Assembly: GCA_027018875.1 (NCBI GenBank)
Contig: JALUYA010000032.1
Coordinates: 26,567 to 90,566 of the forward strand
Origin: Gammaproteobacteria bacterium
GTDB lineage: Bacteria > Pseudomonadota > Gammaproteobacteria > JAKDMP01
Length of the DNA: 64,000 bases
Direction: 5' to 3'
Program-made: the position numbers and the translations under genes
In this document: in pieces, positions 21,682-31,034 of the stretch
Layout of the letters: each line of letters starts with the position of its first letter
Numbering within the stretch: position 1 is the first letter of the stretch
Notes under the pieces: generated by a model
What the model was told of the DNA's origin: nothing
Seen by the model: the letters and a program-made list of their open reading frames with translations, nothing else
Database searches by the model: none

Positions 21682-22542
21682 ATGACGCTCGACGAAAAAA
21701 AATGGTTTCTTGAATCCGCCGAAGAGGCGGGAACGGTATTCGGCCTCAAGGTAACGGCCAAGCTACACGGTGAATGCAGTCCGTATCAGTCGATCGAGGT
21801 ATATGACACCTTGAAATTCGGCCGCCTGCTGGTCATCGACGGCTACATCATGCTTGCCCAGCGGGATAATTTCCTCTATCACGAAATGTTGGTCCATCCG
21901 GCGCTTTTCACCCATGCCGGCCCCCGGCGGGTCATTATCATCGGTGGCGGCGACTGCGGCAGTCTCACCGAGGCGCTGAAGCATGAAGGGGTCGAGCAGG
22001 TTACCCAGATCGAGATCGACGAACGGGTCACCCGGGTCTCGGAACGCTATTTTCCTGAACTGACGGCCGGCATCGCCGACCCCCGCGCCCGGCTTCGGTT
22101 CACGGACGGCATTGCCTGGATGCGGGCCGCCCCGGCGGCAAGCGCCGATGTTATAATCGTCGACAGCACCGACCCCATCGGTCCCGCGAAGGGGCTATTC
22201 GAATCCGCCTTTTACGCCCAGTGTCATCGCGTGCTGGCTCCCGGCGGCATGTTGGCCCACCAGAGCGAATCCCCCTTTCTGCACCTCGAATTGATCCGCG
22301 CCATGCGCCTTGCCATGCGCGAGGCGGGCTTCCACGCGGTCGCCACCCTGGACTTTCCCCAGCCGGTCTATCCTTCCGGCTGGTGGTCGGCCACACTGGC
22401 CCGAAAAGGAGCCAACCTGGATGGTTTCCGCGAAACGGCCGCCGAGCGCCGCGCCTTCGAAACCCGCTACTACAGCCCGGCGACCCACCGCGCGGCGCTC
22501 GCCCTGCCCCCCTTCGTCCTTGAGGCCCTGGAAGGCAGTTGA
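21682..22542 (+). CDS. speE: polyamine aminopropyltransferase (spermidine synthase) SpeE
   Basis: LHGECSPYQSIEVYDT...GRLLVIDGYIMLAQRDNFLYHEML...VIIIGGGDCGSLTEAL...IIVDSTDPIGPA; divergent from speA. Confidence 0.85.
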   Translation: MTLDEKKWFLESAEEAGTVFGLKVTAKLHGECSPYQSIEVYDTLKFGRLLVIDGYIMLAQRDNFLYHEMLVHPALFTHAGPRRVIIIGGGDCGSLTEALKHEGVEQVTQIEIDERVTRVSERYFPELTAGIADPRARLRFTDGIAWMRAAPAASADVIIVDSTDPIGPAKGLFESAFYAQCHRVLAPGGMLAHQSESPFLHLELIRAMRLAMREAGFHAVATLDFPQPVYPSGWWSATLARKGANLDGFRETAAERRAFETRYYSPATHRAALALPPFVLEALEGS

Positions 22543-22581
22543 ACCCCAACGGGACCGGTTGGCGCGGTTGCGAACCCGTGC

Positions 22582-23392
<811 letters not shown>

Positions 23393-23426
23393 CTACACTC
23401 AGCATATTCCATCGCTTACCCGAATT

Positions 23427-23684
23427 ATGCAAACCAATCCCCGTTTTCTCGATGAACTTGCCCAGCGCTTCACCGCGGGGCTGCCGCAACCTCTGCGCCA
23501 GGCCCGGGAGGACCTGGAACGCAATTTCCGCAGCGTGGTCGAAGCCGGACTGGCGCGGCTCAACCTGGTCACGCGCGAGGAGTTCGATGCCCAAAACGCA
23601 TTGCTCGCGCGAACCCGGGAACATCTGGATCGACTGGCCGCAAGACTTGCCGAGATCGAAACTCAACCCAAGGATCCCGGCTGA
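23427..23684 (+). CDS. ubiK: ubiquinone biosynthesis accessory factor UbiK (YqiC/BMFP family)
   Basis: 85 aa MQTNPRFLDELAQRFTAGLPQ...NLVTREEFDAQNALLARTREHLDRLAARLAEIE matches UbiK coiled-coil family. Confidence 0.75.
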   Translation: MQTNPRFLDELAQRFTAGLPQPLRQAREDLERNFRSVVEAGLARLNLVTREEFDAQNALLARTREHLDRLAARLAEIETQPKDPG

Positions 23685-23701
23685 GCACCAGAGCCGATCC
23701 G

Positions 23702-25213
23702 GTGAACCTCGCCAAGATCCACGCCCGGGCAACGGCGGGAATTACCGCCCCGGCGGTGCGGGTCGAAGTGCATCTTTCTCCCGGCCTGCCAGGATTCGCC
23801 TTGGTCGGGCTCCCGGAAGCGGCCGTACGCGAAGCCCGCGAACGGGTGCGAAGCGCCCTGATCAACAGCCATTTTGAATGGCCCGCCCGGCGGATCACCG
23901 TGAATCTCGCCCCCGCCGACCTGCCCAAGGAAGGTGGACGCTATGATTTGGCCATTGCGCTCGGTATCCTCACGGCATCGAGGCAACTCAAACCCCGGTT
24001 TGAACTGGGGACCCTGGAATTTCTGGGTGAGCTATCCCTCTCGGGGGAGATATGCCCACTGCGTGGCGCCCTGCCGGCCGCTCTTGCCGCCGCCCAGGCC
24101 GGTCGCGGACTGGTGCTACCGCGGGCCAACCTGCCCGAGGCAAGCCGGGTTGCGGGATTGGATGTCTATGCCGCCGAAAGCTTGCCCACCCTGGTCACCG
24201 CCCTTACCGAGGCAACCCTTACCCCCGCCGCGGTCTTTCCCACCCCGAATCATCCCGCCTATGCCGACCTCAGTGAAGTGCGTGGCCAGACCCGGGCCAA
24301 GCGGGCCCTGGAGATTGCCGCCGCGGGCGGGCACAGTCTGCTGATGATCGGCCCTCCCGGTAGCGGCAAGAGCATGCTGGCCGAGCGTTTACCCGGGCTG
24401 CTGCCGCCGCTCACGGAAGCCGAGGCAATCGAAACCGCCGCCATCGCCTCGGTCAGCACCCGGGGCTTCGATCCCGCCGCCTGGAAAAGACGCCCCTACC
24501 GGAATCCGCACCACAGTGCCTCGGCCGCGGCCCTGGTCGGCGGCGGTTCCGTGCCCGGCCCGGGCGAAATCTCCCTGGCTCACAACGGGGTTCTGTTTCT
24601 CGACGAACTCCCCGAGTTCGACCGGCGGGTCCTGGAGGTACTGCGGGAACCGCTGGAGTCCGGACGCATCGTGATCTCGCGCGCCACCCGCCAGGCCGAG
24701 TTCCCGGCCCGGTTTCAGCTCATTGCGGCGATGAATCCCTGCCCCTGTGGCCACCGCGGTGATCCCGACGGGCGCTGCCGCTGTACCCCGGATCAGGTCG
24801 CCCGATACCGAAGCCGGGTATCCGGCCCGATCCTGGATCGTATCGACATGCACGTAGAGGTTCCCCGGCCCAAAGCCGCCAGCCTGGCTCCGGGTCGCGC
24901 CCCCGACGGGGAAACCAGCGCCACCGTCGCCGCCCGGGTCGCAGCGGCCCGGGAACGGCAATACGCGCGGGCCGGCAGGCCCAATGCCAGCCTCGACACC
25001 GCCGCGCTCAACCGCTATTGCCGCCTGGATCCGCCGGGACGTACCTTGCTGGAGCAGGCCAGCGCCCGGCTGGGATTGTCCGCCCGCGGCTACCACCGGA
25101 TTCTCAAACTCGCCCTGACCATTGCCGATCTCGCGGGTAGCGACACCATCGATACCCCGGAGCTGGCCGAGGCGATCGGGTTTCGCACCCTCGATCGCCG
25201 CCTCGAACCCTGA
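23702..25213 (+). CDS. comM: YifB/ComM family Mg-chelatase-like AAA+ ATPase
   Basis: 503 aa; N-terminal Lon-protease-like substrate domain, Walker A LLMIGPPGSGKSML, NGVLFLDELPEF, MNPCPCG...RYRSRVSGPILDRIDMHVEV C-terminal signature. Confidence 0.9.
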   Translation: MNLAKIHARATAGITAPAVRVEVHLSPGLPGFALVGLPEAAVREARERVRSALINSHFEWPARRITVNLAPADLPKEGGRYDLAIALGILTASRQLKPRFELGTLEFLGELSLSGEICPLRGALPAALAAAQAGRGLVLPRANLPEASRVAGLDVYAAESLPTLVTALTEATLTPAAVFPTPNHPAYADLSEVRGQTRAKRALEIAAAGGHSLLMIGPPGSGKSMLAERLPGLLPPLTEAEAIETAAIASVSTRGFDPAAWKRRPYRNPHHSASAAALVGGGSVPGPGEISLAHNGVLFLDELPEFDRRVLEVLREPLESGRIVISRATRQAEFPARFQLIAAMNPCPCGHRGDPDGRCRCTPDQVARYRSRVSGPILDRIDMHVEVPRPKAASLAPGRAPDGETSATVAARVAAARERQYARAGRPNASLDTAALNRYCRLDPPGRTLLEQASARLGLSARGYHRILKLALTIADLAGSDTIDTPELAEAIGFRTLDRRLEP

Positions 25214-25239
25214 AGGCGGCTTGAACCGAACCCCATCAC

Positions 25240-25633
25240 GTGGCAGACCAAACACTACCCGGGCTTGCAGAAAAACGCCATGGAACCGCCGCATCCCGCC
25301 GTGTCGCCATCGCCGGTGGGATGCGTATTCCATTCTGCCGCGCCGGAACCCGCTACGCCGAAATCAGCAACAAAGAGATGCTGCGCCACGTACTGCGGGT
25401 CCTGGTTAAACGCCACGGGCTGAAGGGTCAGCGCCTCGGCGAGATCGCGACCGGCTCAATCGGCACGGCGGCAGTATCGCTATCGCCCATCCCTTCGCGG
25501 CCACCGGGGCACGCATCGTCGCGACGCTGGCCAAGGCCCTGGCGCAAAAAGGCGGCAAGCGCGGGCCGACCCCTATCTGCACCGGCGGGGCACGGGCGTC
25601 GCCGCAATCCTCGAACCCGCATCACCCGCTTAA
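25240..25633 (+). pseudogene. acetyl-CoA acyltransferase (thiolase) gene remnant: N-terminal ~80 codons fused out of frame to C-terminal ~50 codons, with additional frameshift
   Basis: Frame from GTG 25240 reads RRVAIAGGMRIPFCRAGTRYAEISNKEMLRHVLRVLVKRHGLKGQRLGEIATG (thiolase N-term); a different frame from ~25457 reads HGGSIAIAHPFAATGARIVATLAKALAQKGGKRG...CTGG then a third frame GTGVAAILEPAS* (thiolase C-terminal catalytic His/Cys region); about 270 central codons are missing. Confidence 0.6.
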
Positions 25634-25709
25634 TCAATGCGGTTAAAAATCGGTCTCCGCCTCCCCGGGCGCCACGGATCCCGGCGGATCCGCTCCCGGC
25701 CGGCCCGGG

Positions 25710-28397
25710 CTATTTCGCGCTCATATAGCGATCGAAAGGTTCAGGCGGGCCGTCACGCTCGATTTGACTTAAAAAATCACAGAAATCCTTGGCGGCCATG
25801 GGTCGTGCCAACAGGTACCCCTGAATCTCATCACAACCCAGTTCATGCAAGGCGCGTAACTCCTCCTCTTTTTCCGCCCCTTCCGCCACCACCCGGGCGC
25901 CGAAGTCGCGCGCCAGGGAAATGATGCCCCGCACCAGGGCGGCCACATTCTTGTCCAGCAACATCCGTTGCACGAAGCTGCGATCGATTTTAACCACGTC
26001 GATGTTCAGGCGAATCAGATAGGCGAGGTTCGAATACCCGGTGCCAAAGTCATCCAGTGCCAGTCGGATCCCGTTGCTCTTGAGGATGAGCAGATCTTGT
26101 TCCTGCGCCAAGCCAAGGTCCAGCAGCTGGGTTTCGGTCAGCTCGATCTCGAGCATCGAATGGGCGACGTTGGAGTGTGCGAGCGTCTCCAGGGCCTTGT
26201 CCGAGAAATCCTGGCCCCGCAATTGCTGCGCGGATACATTGACCCCGATCGAAGGAGGAGATTTAACCAATCCATTCCAGATTTTCCACTCGGAAAGAGC
26301 CGTGCGCAGGGCCCACAATCCCAGGTCTTCGATTAGGCGGCTGCGCTCGGCAATGGGAATGAACTCTTCGGGGCTGATTGTTCCCAGCGAGGGTGAAACC
26401 CACCGCGCCAGCGCCTCGACCCCCGAAATTCGTCCGTCGGCCAGGGAAATACGGGGCTGAAAATAGAGGGTGAGTTCTTCATTCGCGACCGCCAGGCGCA
26501 ACTCCTCTTCGAGCTTGAGTAGCCGCATGGCGGCACGGTTCAAACTGGGTTCGAAGAACGCCACCCGCCCCCGCCCCTGGTCCTTGGCCCGATACATTGC
26601 CGTTTCCGCATTTCCCAGGAGCGTATTGACATCCGGACCGTCTTGCGGGAATACGGCGATGCCGATGGAGGCCATCAAATGCAACTCGAGCCCGAGCACC
26701 GTGTAGGTCCGACTCAGTGCATCGAGTATCCGCTGCGCCGCATCCCCGATGTCATTCGCCTCCCTCTGGTTACCCACCAGGACCGCAAACTCATCCGCAC
26801 CGATTCTGGCAACCAGATCCTCGGCGCCCAGGCATCCCTGCAAGCGGGAAGCCAGTTCGATAAGCACCAGGTCTCCGGTATCGTGCCCATGAAAATCATT
26901 GATATTTTTGAACCGATCCAGATCGACCAATAACACCCCCGCAAGACGGTTCCTGGATGCCATCAGCACCCGTTCCGCGCTCACCTCGAAAAACACCCGG
27001 TTCGGCAACCCCGTCAACTGATCGTAATTGGCCACGAAACGAGCCTGCCGTTCGGCCTCGCGCCTCTCGGTAATGTCCGTAATGACCCCTACGTAGTACT
27101 CGGGGTTTCCGCTCGCATCGCGCAGCAACCGGGCGGTATTCAGCCCGGTAAAATGCGTTCCGTCGGCACGCCGGTACTCCACCTCGACATCCCGGTACTC
27201 ATTTTCATGCATCAGTTTTTCACGTAACTTCTCACGCTGGGACGGATCGGCGTAAAAATCCTGCGGCGGCTGCGAAAGCGCGTTGGCCTCCGTTTTCAAT
27301 CCAAACATCCGCACCAGGCTTCTATTCACATAGACCAGGCCTTCTTGCAACGTGCCGCGGTAAACACCATCGTGGATATTGTCGGTTACCGAAGCCAAAA
27401 GATCGCGGTTTTCCCGCACCTCGCGGGTCATCCGCCGGGCGAGGTTCAGGGCCCGATTCCGGGTACTTGCCAAAACGAAAAAAAACGCCCCCAGCAGCAG
27501 TGCCATCAACAATCCGCCGACGAACACCCCATAGGCCAAGGGGCTTGCATTCACCCAGGCTTGAGACTGAATCCGCCAGGGCGTTCGCGGGATGCTCAGG
27601 TCGCTGGAAACTTTCCGCGCCAGCCCCAACCGGCGGGCGAAGGCCCCCGGCGGGGATCCGGCAAACATTCCGGCATAAAGCACCCGCCCGTGCCCACCGG
27701 AGCTATTCCCCCCGGTGATGATCCGCCAGTTCATGCCGCCGGCCTGAACCGGCGGAATATAAAATGCGTCCCGCAGCGGAACGCTCAAGACCACCCAGCT
27801 TCCCGCCGCGGAAACCCAGCGGACGAATATCAGGCCCGGAATCTCAATATGGTTGCGCAGCAAAAAAGTTCGCGCGGGAATCGTTATCCCCCGCTGTTTT
27901 TCCGCCCGTTGGAGCACCTGCCGGCCGACGGTTGGAGCACAACCATTAAAGCCTGCCAAGCGGGAGTACAAACCACCCGGCCAGACCCGATCCACCACGC
28001 AGTAGCGTTCGGCCGCGGCAAATCTCCTTGCCGCGGCCGGTGCATGCAGCCCGCGGTAAAAGGCTTTTATCGCGGAGGGGCTGACCGGGCGCAGGCGTAA
28101 AAGCGCCTCTCCGGTAATTTTTGGATCCGGCCATACCGTGTGGGCAAAACGCACCCAGTGCGCCTGGGTCGCCTGCGGCATGCTCCGGTTGTAGGCCGCC
28201 ATGGCGTTTAACAATGTCCGGTAGCGATCCAAGCGGGACTCCAGCGCATAGCGGGTGCGTTCCGCTACCAATCGCACTTTGTTGGCATCAACCCGGGTTT
28301 GCAACCTCGCCGCAACGTAGGCGACCCCGCCCGAAGCGGCAAGCGCCAGTGTCAATACCACGGTACCCAAGACCATGCCGCTAAGGCCTGCCCGCAT
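25710..28397 (-). CDS. membrane sensor protein with periplasmic domain, PAS, degenerate GGDEF (GADEF) and intact EAL domain (predicted c-di-GMP phosphodiesterase)
   Basis: ORF to 28448, start taken at MRAGLSGMVLG (28397); two TM helices flanking ~270 aa periplasmic region; PAS region; RIGADEFAVLV in place of GGDEF with no RxxD I-site; EAL motifs GVEALARW, DDFGTGYSNLAYL, KIDRSFV present. Confidence 0.85.
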   Translation of the reverse strand: MRAGLSGMVLGTVVLTLALAASGGVAYVAARLQTRVDANKVRLVAERTRYALESRLDRYRTLLNAMAAYNRSMPQATQAHWVRFAHTVWPDPKITGEALLRLRPVSPSAIKAFYRGLHAPAAARRFAAAERYCVVDRVWPGGLYSRLAGFNGCAPTVGRQVLQRAEKQRGITIPARTFLLRNHIEIPGLIFVRWVSAAGSWVVLSVPLRDAFYIPPVQAGGMNWRIITGGNSSGGHGRVLYAGMFAGSPPGAFARRLGLARKVSSDLSIPRTPWRIQSQAWVNASPLAYGVFVGGLLMALLLGAFFFVLASTRNRALNLARRMTREVRENRDLLASVTDNIHDGVYRGTLQEGLVYVNRSLVRMFGLKTEANALSQPPQDFYADPSQREKLREKLMHENEYRDVEVEYRRADGTHFTGLNTARLLRDASGNPEYYVGVITDITERREAERQARFVANYDQLTGLPNRVFFEVSAERVLMASRNRLAGVLLVDLDRFKNINDFHGHDTGDLVLIELASRLQGCLGAEDLVARIGADEFAVLVGNQREANDIGDAAQRILDALSRTYTVLGLELHLMASIGIAVFPQDGPDVNTLLGNAETAMYRAKDQGRGRVAFFEPSLNRAAMRLLKLEEELRLAVANEELTLYFQPRISLADGRISGVEALARWVSPSLGTISPEEFIPIAERSRLIEDLGLWALRTALSEWKIWNGLVKSPPSIGVNVSAQQLRGQDFSDKALETLAHSNVAHSMLEIELTETQLLDLGLAQEQDLLILKSNGIRLALDDFGTGYSNLAYLIRLNIDVVKIDRSFVQRMLLDKNVAALVRGIISLARDFGARVVAEGAEKEEELRALHELGCDEIQGYLLARPMAAKDFCDFLSQIERDGPPEPFDRYMSAK

Positions 28398-28712
28398 GTT
28401 GAATCTACTCCCCACTATCAAGATAAGATCGCGGCCAAGATGAGTCAAAAATATGACAAGACGAAATTATTGCGCCTCGTTCCTCCCGCACGAATTTCTT
28501 GTATCTCTCCGGCCTGCCCATCCTACTAGTACATTCGTTCAAAACCCTAGCCATTCATGTTCAACTTAGCCATGTTTTCCCCGTCGGATGCATTTACCGG
28601 TAGTATAACGGGGTTTGGATGGTCGGTCCCTCACGGTGGGTAATCCCCATTCCCGGGTTTGAGTGCCCCGTGAATACACCGGCCTATCCGCTCCACCCGT
28701 GGGAATGCAGTT

Positions 28713-29909
28713 ATGGATGAACTACTATTGACTCGCCAACCGGTTTTCGATACCCGCCTGCAGGTGGTCGGCTACCTGCTGGAACACCATTTCATTGCCG
28801 GGATGGACAACGCCACAACCGCCGGAAATCACCAATCGCAAATCACCGCACTCATTGAAACCGGGCTGGAATATTTGACGGCGGAGCATCGTATTTTTAT
28901 CGCCACCACCCACGCTGATATCGAGTGGCTCATGGAACTTTGCGCCCCACACCCCCAGCTGGGAATCGCCTTGGAATATTCCCCCGACCTGGACCCCGAG
29001 GCCTCCTACCTGGCGCGGCTGTCGGCACAGCGGGGAATCAACCTGGCGTTGTTGAAATTCCCCTACACTCCCAGCCTGTTCCCCTTGTTTTTGCAAGCCG
29101 AAATCGTCATCATTCCGGGTGGGACGACCTCCCCATCCGAACTGGGCGCCTGGCTCCAGCGACTCCAGGGATACCCGGCCCGCGGGTGTGCTTCCGGGCT
29201 CGACACCCAAGCGGATTTCGACGCGGCCAAACAGGCCGGGTTCGAGTTATTCCAGGGTCAATTCCTGTCTCACTCCGATAGCTGGAGCAACCGCAAAATC
29301 CCTCCCAGCCTGATGGCTCCCCTGGCCTTGCTGGCACAACTCCAGAACCCGGAAATCGCCGTCAAGGATATCGAGGACCTGGTAAAGGCCGATGCGGCGC
29401 TCAGCTACCGGGTATTGCGCTGGGTCAATTCCGCCTATTACGGGATTGAGATCGAAATCGAGAGCATCAGCCATGCCATCGTCTATCTCGGCGTCGACCA
29501 ACTCAGGAATTGGCTCGGCCTCATGGCCCTGTCCGGCCTGAAACCCATCAGTGCGGAGCTTTTGGACATGGCCGCCATTCGCGCCAGGATGGCGGAGGTT
29601 CTCGCGCCCCTGCTCGGCCTGAACCCCGGCAAGGCCTTTACCCTGGGCCTGTTTTCCCTGCTCGATGCCATCATCCAGGCACCGATACGGGAAATATTGG
29701 TCTCGCTGCCCTTGAGCAAGGACCTGAAGGCCGCCCTGGAGGAGGGAACCGGGCCTTATGCCCGGCTGCTGAGCCTGATCAAAAATTATGAGCAGGGCCA
29801 CTGGAGTCAAGTCGTGAATACCCCCGTTCCTGCGGCTCAATTGGGAGAAGCCTATCTCCAGGCCATCGAATGGACCAATGCACATCGCCTCTCGGATACC
29901 CCCCGCTAG
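28713..29909 (+). CDS. degenerate-EAL plus HDOD domain protein (likely c-di-GMP-related signalling/effector protein)
   Basis: N-terminal EAL-like fold with QPVFD...YLLEHHF replacing EALxR and no DDFGTG; C-terminal HDOD-like region (AVKDIEDLVKADAALSYRVLRWVNSAYYG...HAIVYLGVDQLRNWL). Confidence 0.7.
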   Translation: MDELLLTRQPVFDTRLQVVGYLLEHHFIAGMDNATTAGNHQSQITALIETGLEYLTAEHRIFIATTHADIEWLMELCAPHPQLGIALEYSPDLDPEASYLARLSAQRGINLALLKFPYTPSLFPLFLQAEIVIIPGGTTSPSELGAWLQRLQGYPARGCASGLDTQADFDAAKQAGFELFQGQFLSHSDSWSNRKIPPSLMAPLALLAQLQNPEIAVKDIEDLVKADAALSYRVLRWVNSAYYGIEIEIESISHAIVYLGVDQLRNWLGLMALSGLKPISAELLDMAAIRARMAEVLAPLLGLNPGKAFTLGLFSLLDAIIQAPIREILVSLPLSKDLKAALEEGTGPYARLLSLIKNYEQGHWSQVVNTPVPAAQLGEAYLQAIEWTNAHRLSDTPR

Positions 29910-30007
29910 CCAACCTCTCCTTGCCTGCCCCGCCCGGGCGACGCGGATCCCGGAAAGAGAACCCCAAATAGCTCACCCCCGGCACCACGCGCACCAGCTC
30001 GATTCGA

Positions 30008-30625
30008 TCATCCCCGGACCGGGTCCCCGGTATCATCGGGCGTACCGGGTGGGTCGCCTTCGGCCTCCAGGCGTTCATGACGTTCACGTAGAATGCGCCG
30101 ATGATAGCGAAAGGCCACCCGGGCGACACCCTGGCGCGCCGCCGGCGACATTTGCTCCAGGCGGGTCTCGATGTGCCACTTGGAACCATCCCCGGAAGGA
30201 ATCACTTGTTGCACGGTCGCCGGCAAGATCAGCGGCATCGGCAAACGCGAATTGAGATACACCTCGACCAGCAGGGTCGCGTCCCGCGGGGGTGCGGTAT
30301 CGCTCTCCCAGGCCAAGGTGTTCTCACCCAGAATCACCGGAACCACGGGAGGCGGCTCGAACTGCCGCCGCAGCCACATGCCGAACAAGGCGATCAGCAA
30401 GCCCAGCCGGGTCTCGGTCCGGGCCTGTGGATCCTCCCCGACCGGCGTATCCCGATAACTGCTTTCCAGCTCTTCCAGCCAGACCTGATTAGCCAAAAGC
30501 GCCTCATTGTCGTGCATGATGGCGTTCAGCACCCGGGTCTCGGGTATTACCGCTTCCCGCCAGCTCAGCCCGAGGCGTTGATGCAACTTGACCCCGTCAT
30601 TGCCGCTATGCGGATCCGTCTCCAT
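30008..30625 (-). CDS. hypothetical protein, last gene of the fliC-flaG-fliD-fliS string
   Basis: 205 aa from ATG 30623-30625 with GAGGTGG RBS 9 nt upstream; overlaps fliS 3' end by 20 nt; no family recognised (not FliT-sized, no PilZ motifs). Confidence 0.4.
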   Translation of the reverse strand: METDPHSGNDGVKLHQRLGLSWREAVIPETRVLNAIMHDNEALLANQVWLEELESSYRDTPVGEDPQARTETRLGLLIALFGMWLRRQFEPPPVVPVILGENTLAWESDTAPPRDATLLVEVYLNSRLPMPLILPATVQQVIPSGDGSKWHIETRLEQMSPAARQGVARVAFRYHRRILRERHERLEAEGDPPGTPDDTGDPVRG

Positions 30626-31007
30626 TTCCGGCCACCTCGTTCCACGCAAGACGCAAATTTTCCACCACCGGGCGACATTCGGCAAGCAGTTCGGGATCAT
30701 TGAAAATGTTGGCCCGGGCCAGCCGGTCCAGGAGAAAGCGGTATAGGCCCTCCAGATTCATGGCCAGCTCACCGCCCGCTTCGAAATCCAGGGCGGCCAG
30801 AAGATGTTCCACCACGCGAAAGGCGCGATCCAGGGCCTGTGCCCGGGCGGAAACATCACCGGATTCGAATCCCTGGTAGGCGCGGCGCAGGTATTCGCTC
30901 AACCCGTCGAAGCCCAGGGCCACCATGCGCGCGGGATCCATACCGACCGCACGGGTGCTGCGATAGGCCGCTACCCCTATTCTGGTTACGGCTCCGTCTG
31001 CATTCAT
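30606..31007 (-). CDS. fliS: flagellin-specific export chaperone FliS
   Basis: 133 aa; ...YRSTRAVGMDPARMVALGFDGL...ALDRAFRVVEHLLAALDFEAGGELAMNLEGLYRFLLDRLARANIFNDPELL... FliS family pattern. Confidence 0.85.
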   Translation of the reverse strand: MNADGAVTRIGVAAYRSTRAVGMDPARMVALGFDGLSEYLRRAYQGFESGDVSARAQALDRAFRVVEHLLAALDFEAGGELAMNLEGLYRFLLDRLARANIFNDPELLAECRPVVENLRLAWNEVAGNGDGSA

Positions 31008-31034
31008 GGTATCTCGCTCCCGAGTGTCCTGGAT

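Noticed and set aside
25240-25728. Annotating ORF 25240-25728 as an intact 162-aa protein
   Set aside because: Only its first ~80 codons are thiolase-like. The remainder of the frame is junk, while true thiolase C-terminal sequence is in other frames, so it is a pseudogene remnant.
28449-28712. Possible c-di-GMP riboswitch (GEMM) or small RNA in the lower-GC region upstream of the EAL-HDOD gene
   Set aside because: No GGCAAACC/GCAAAGC-type conserved GEMM elements or obvious terminator were seen. It is treated as a shared promoter region only.
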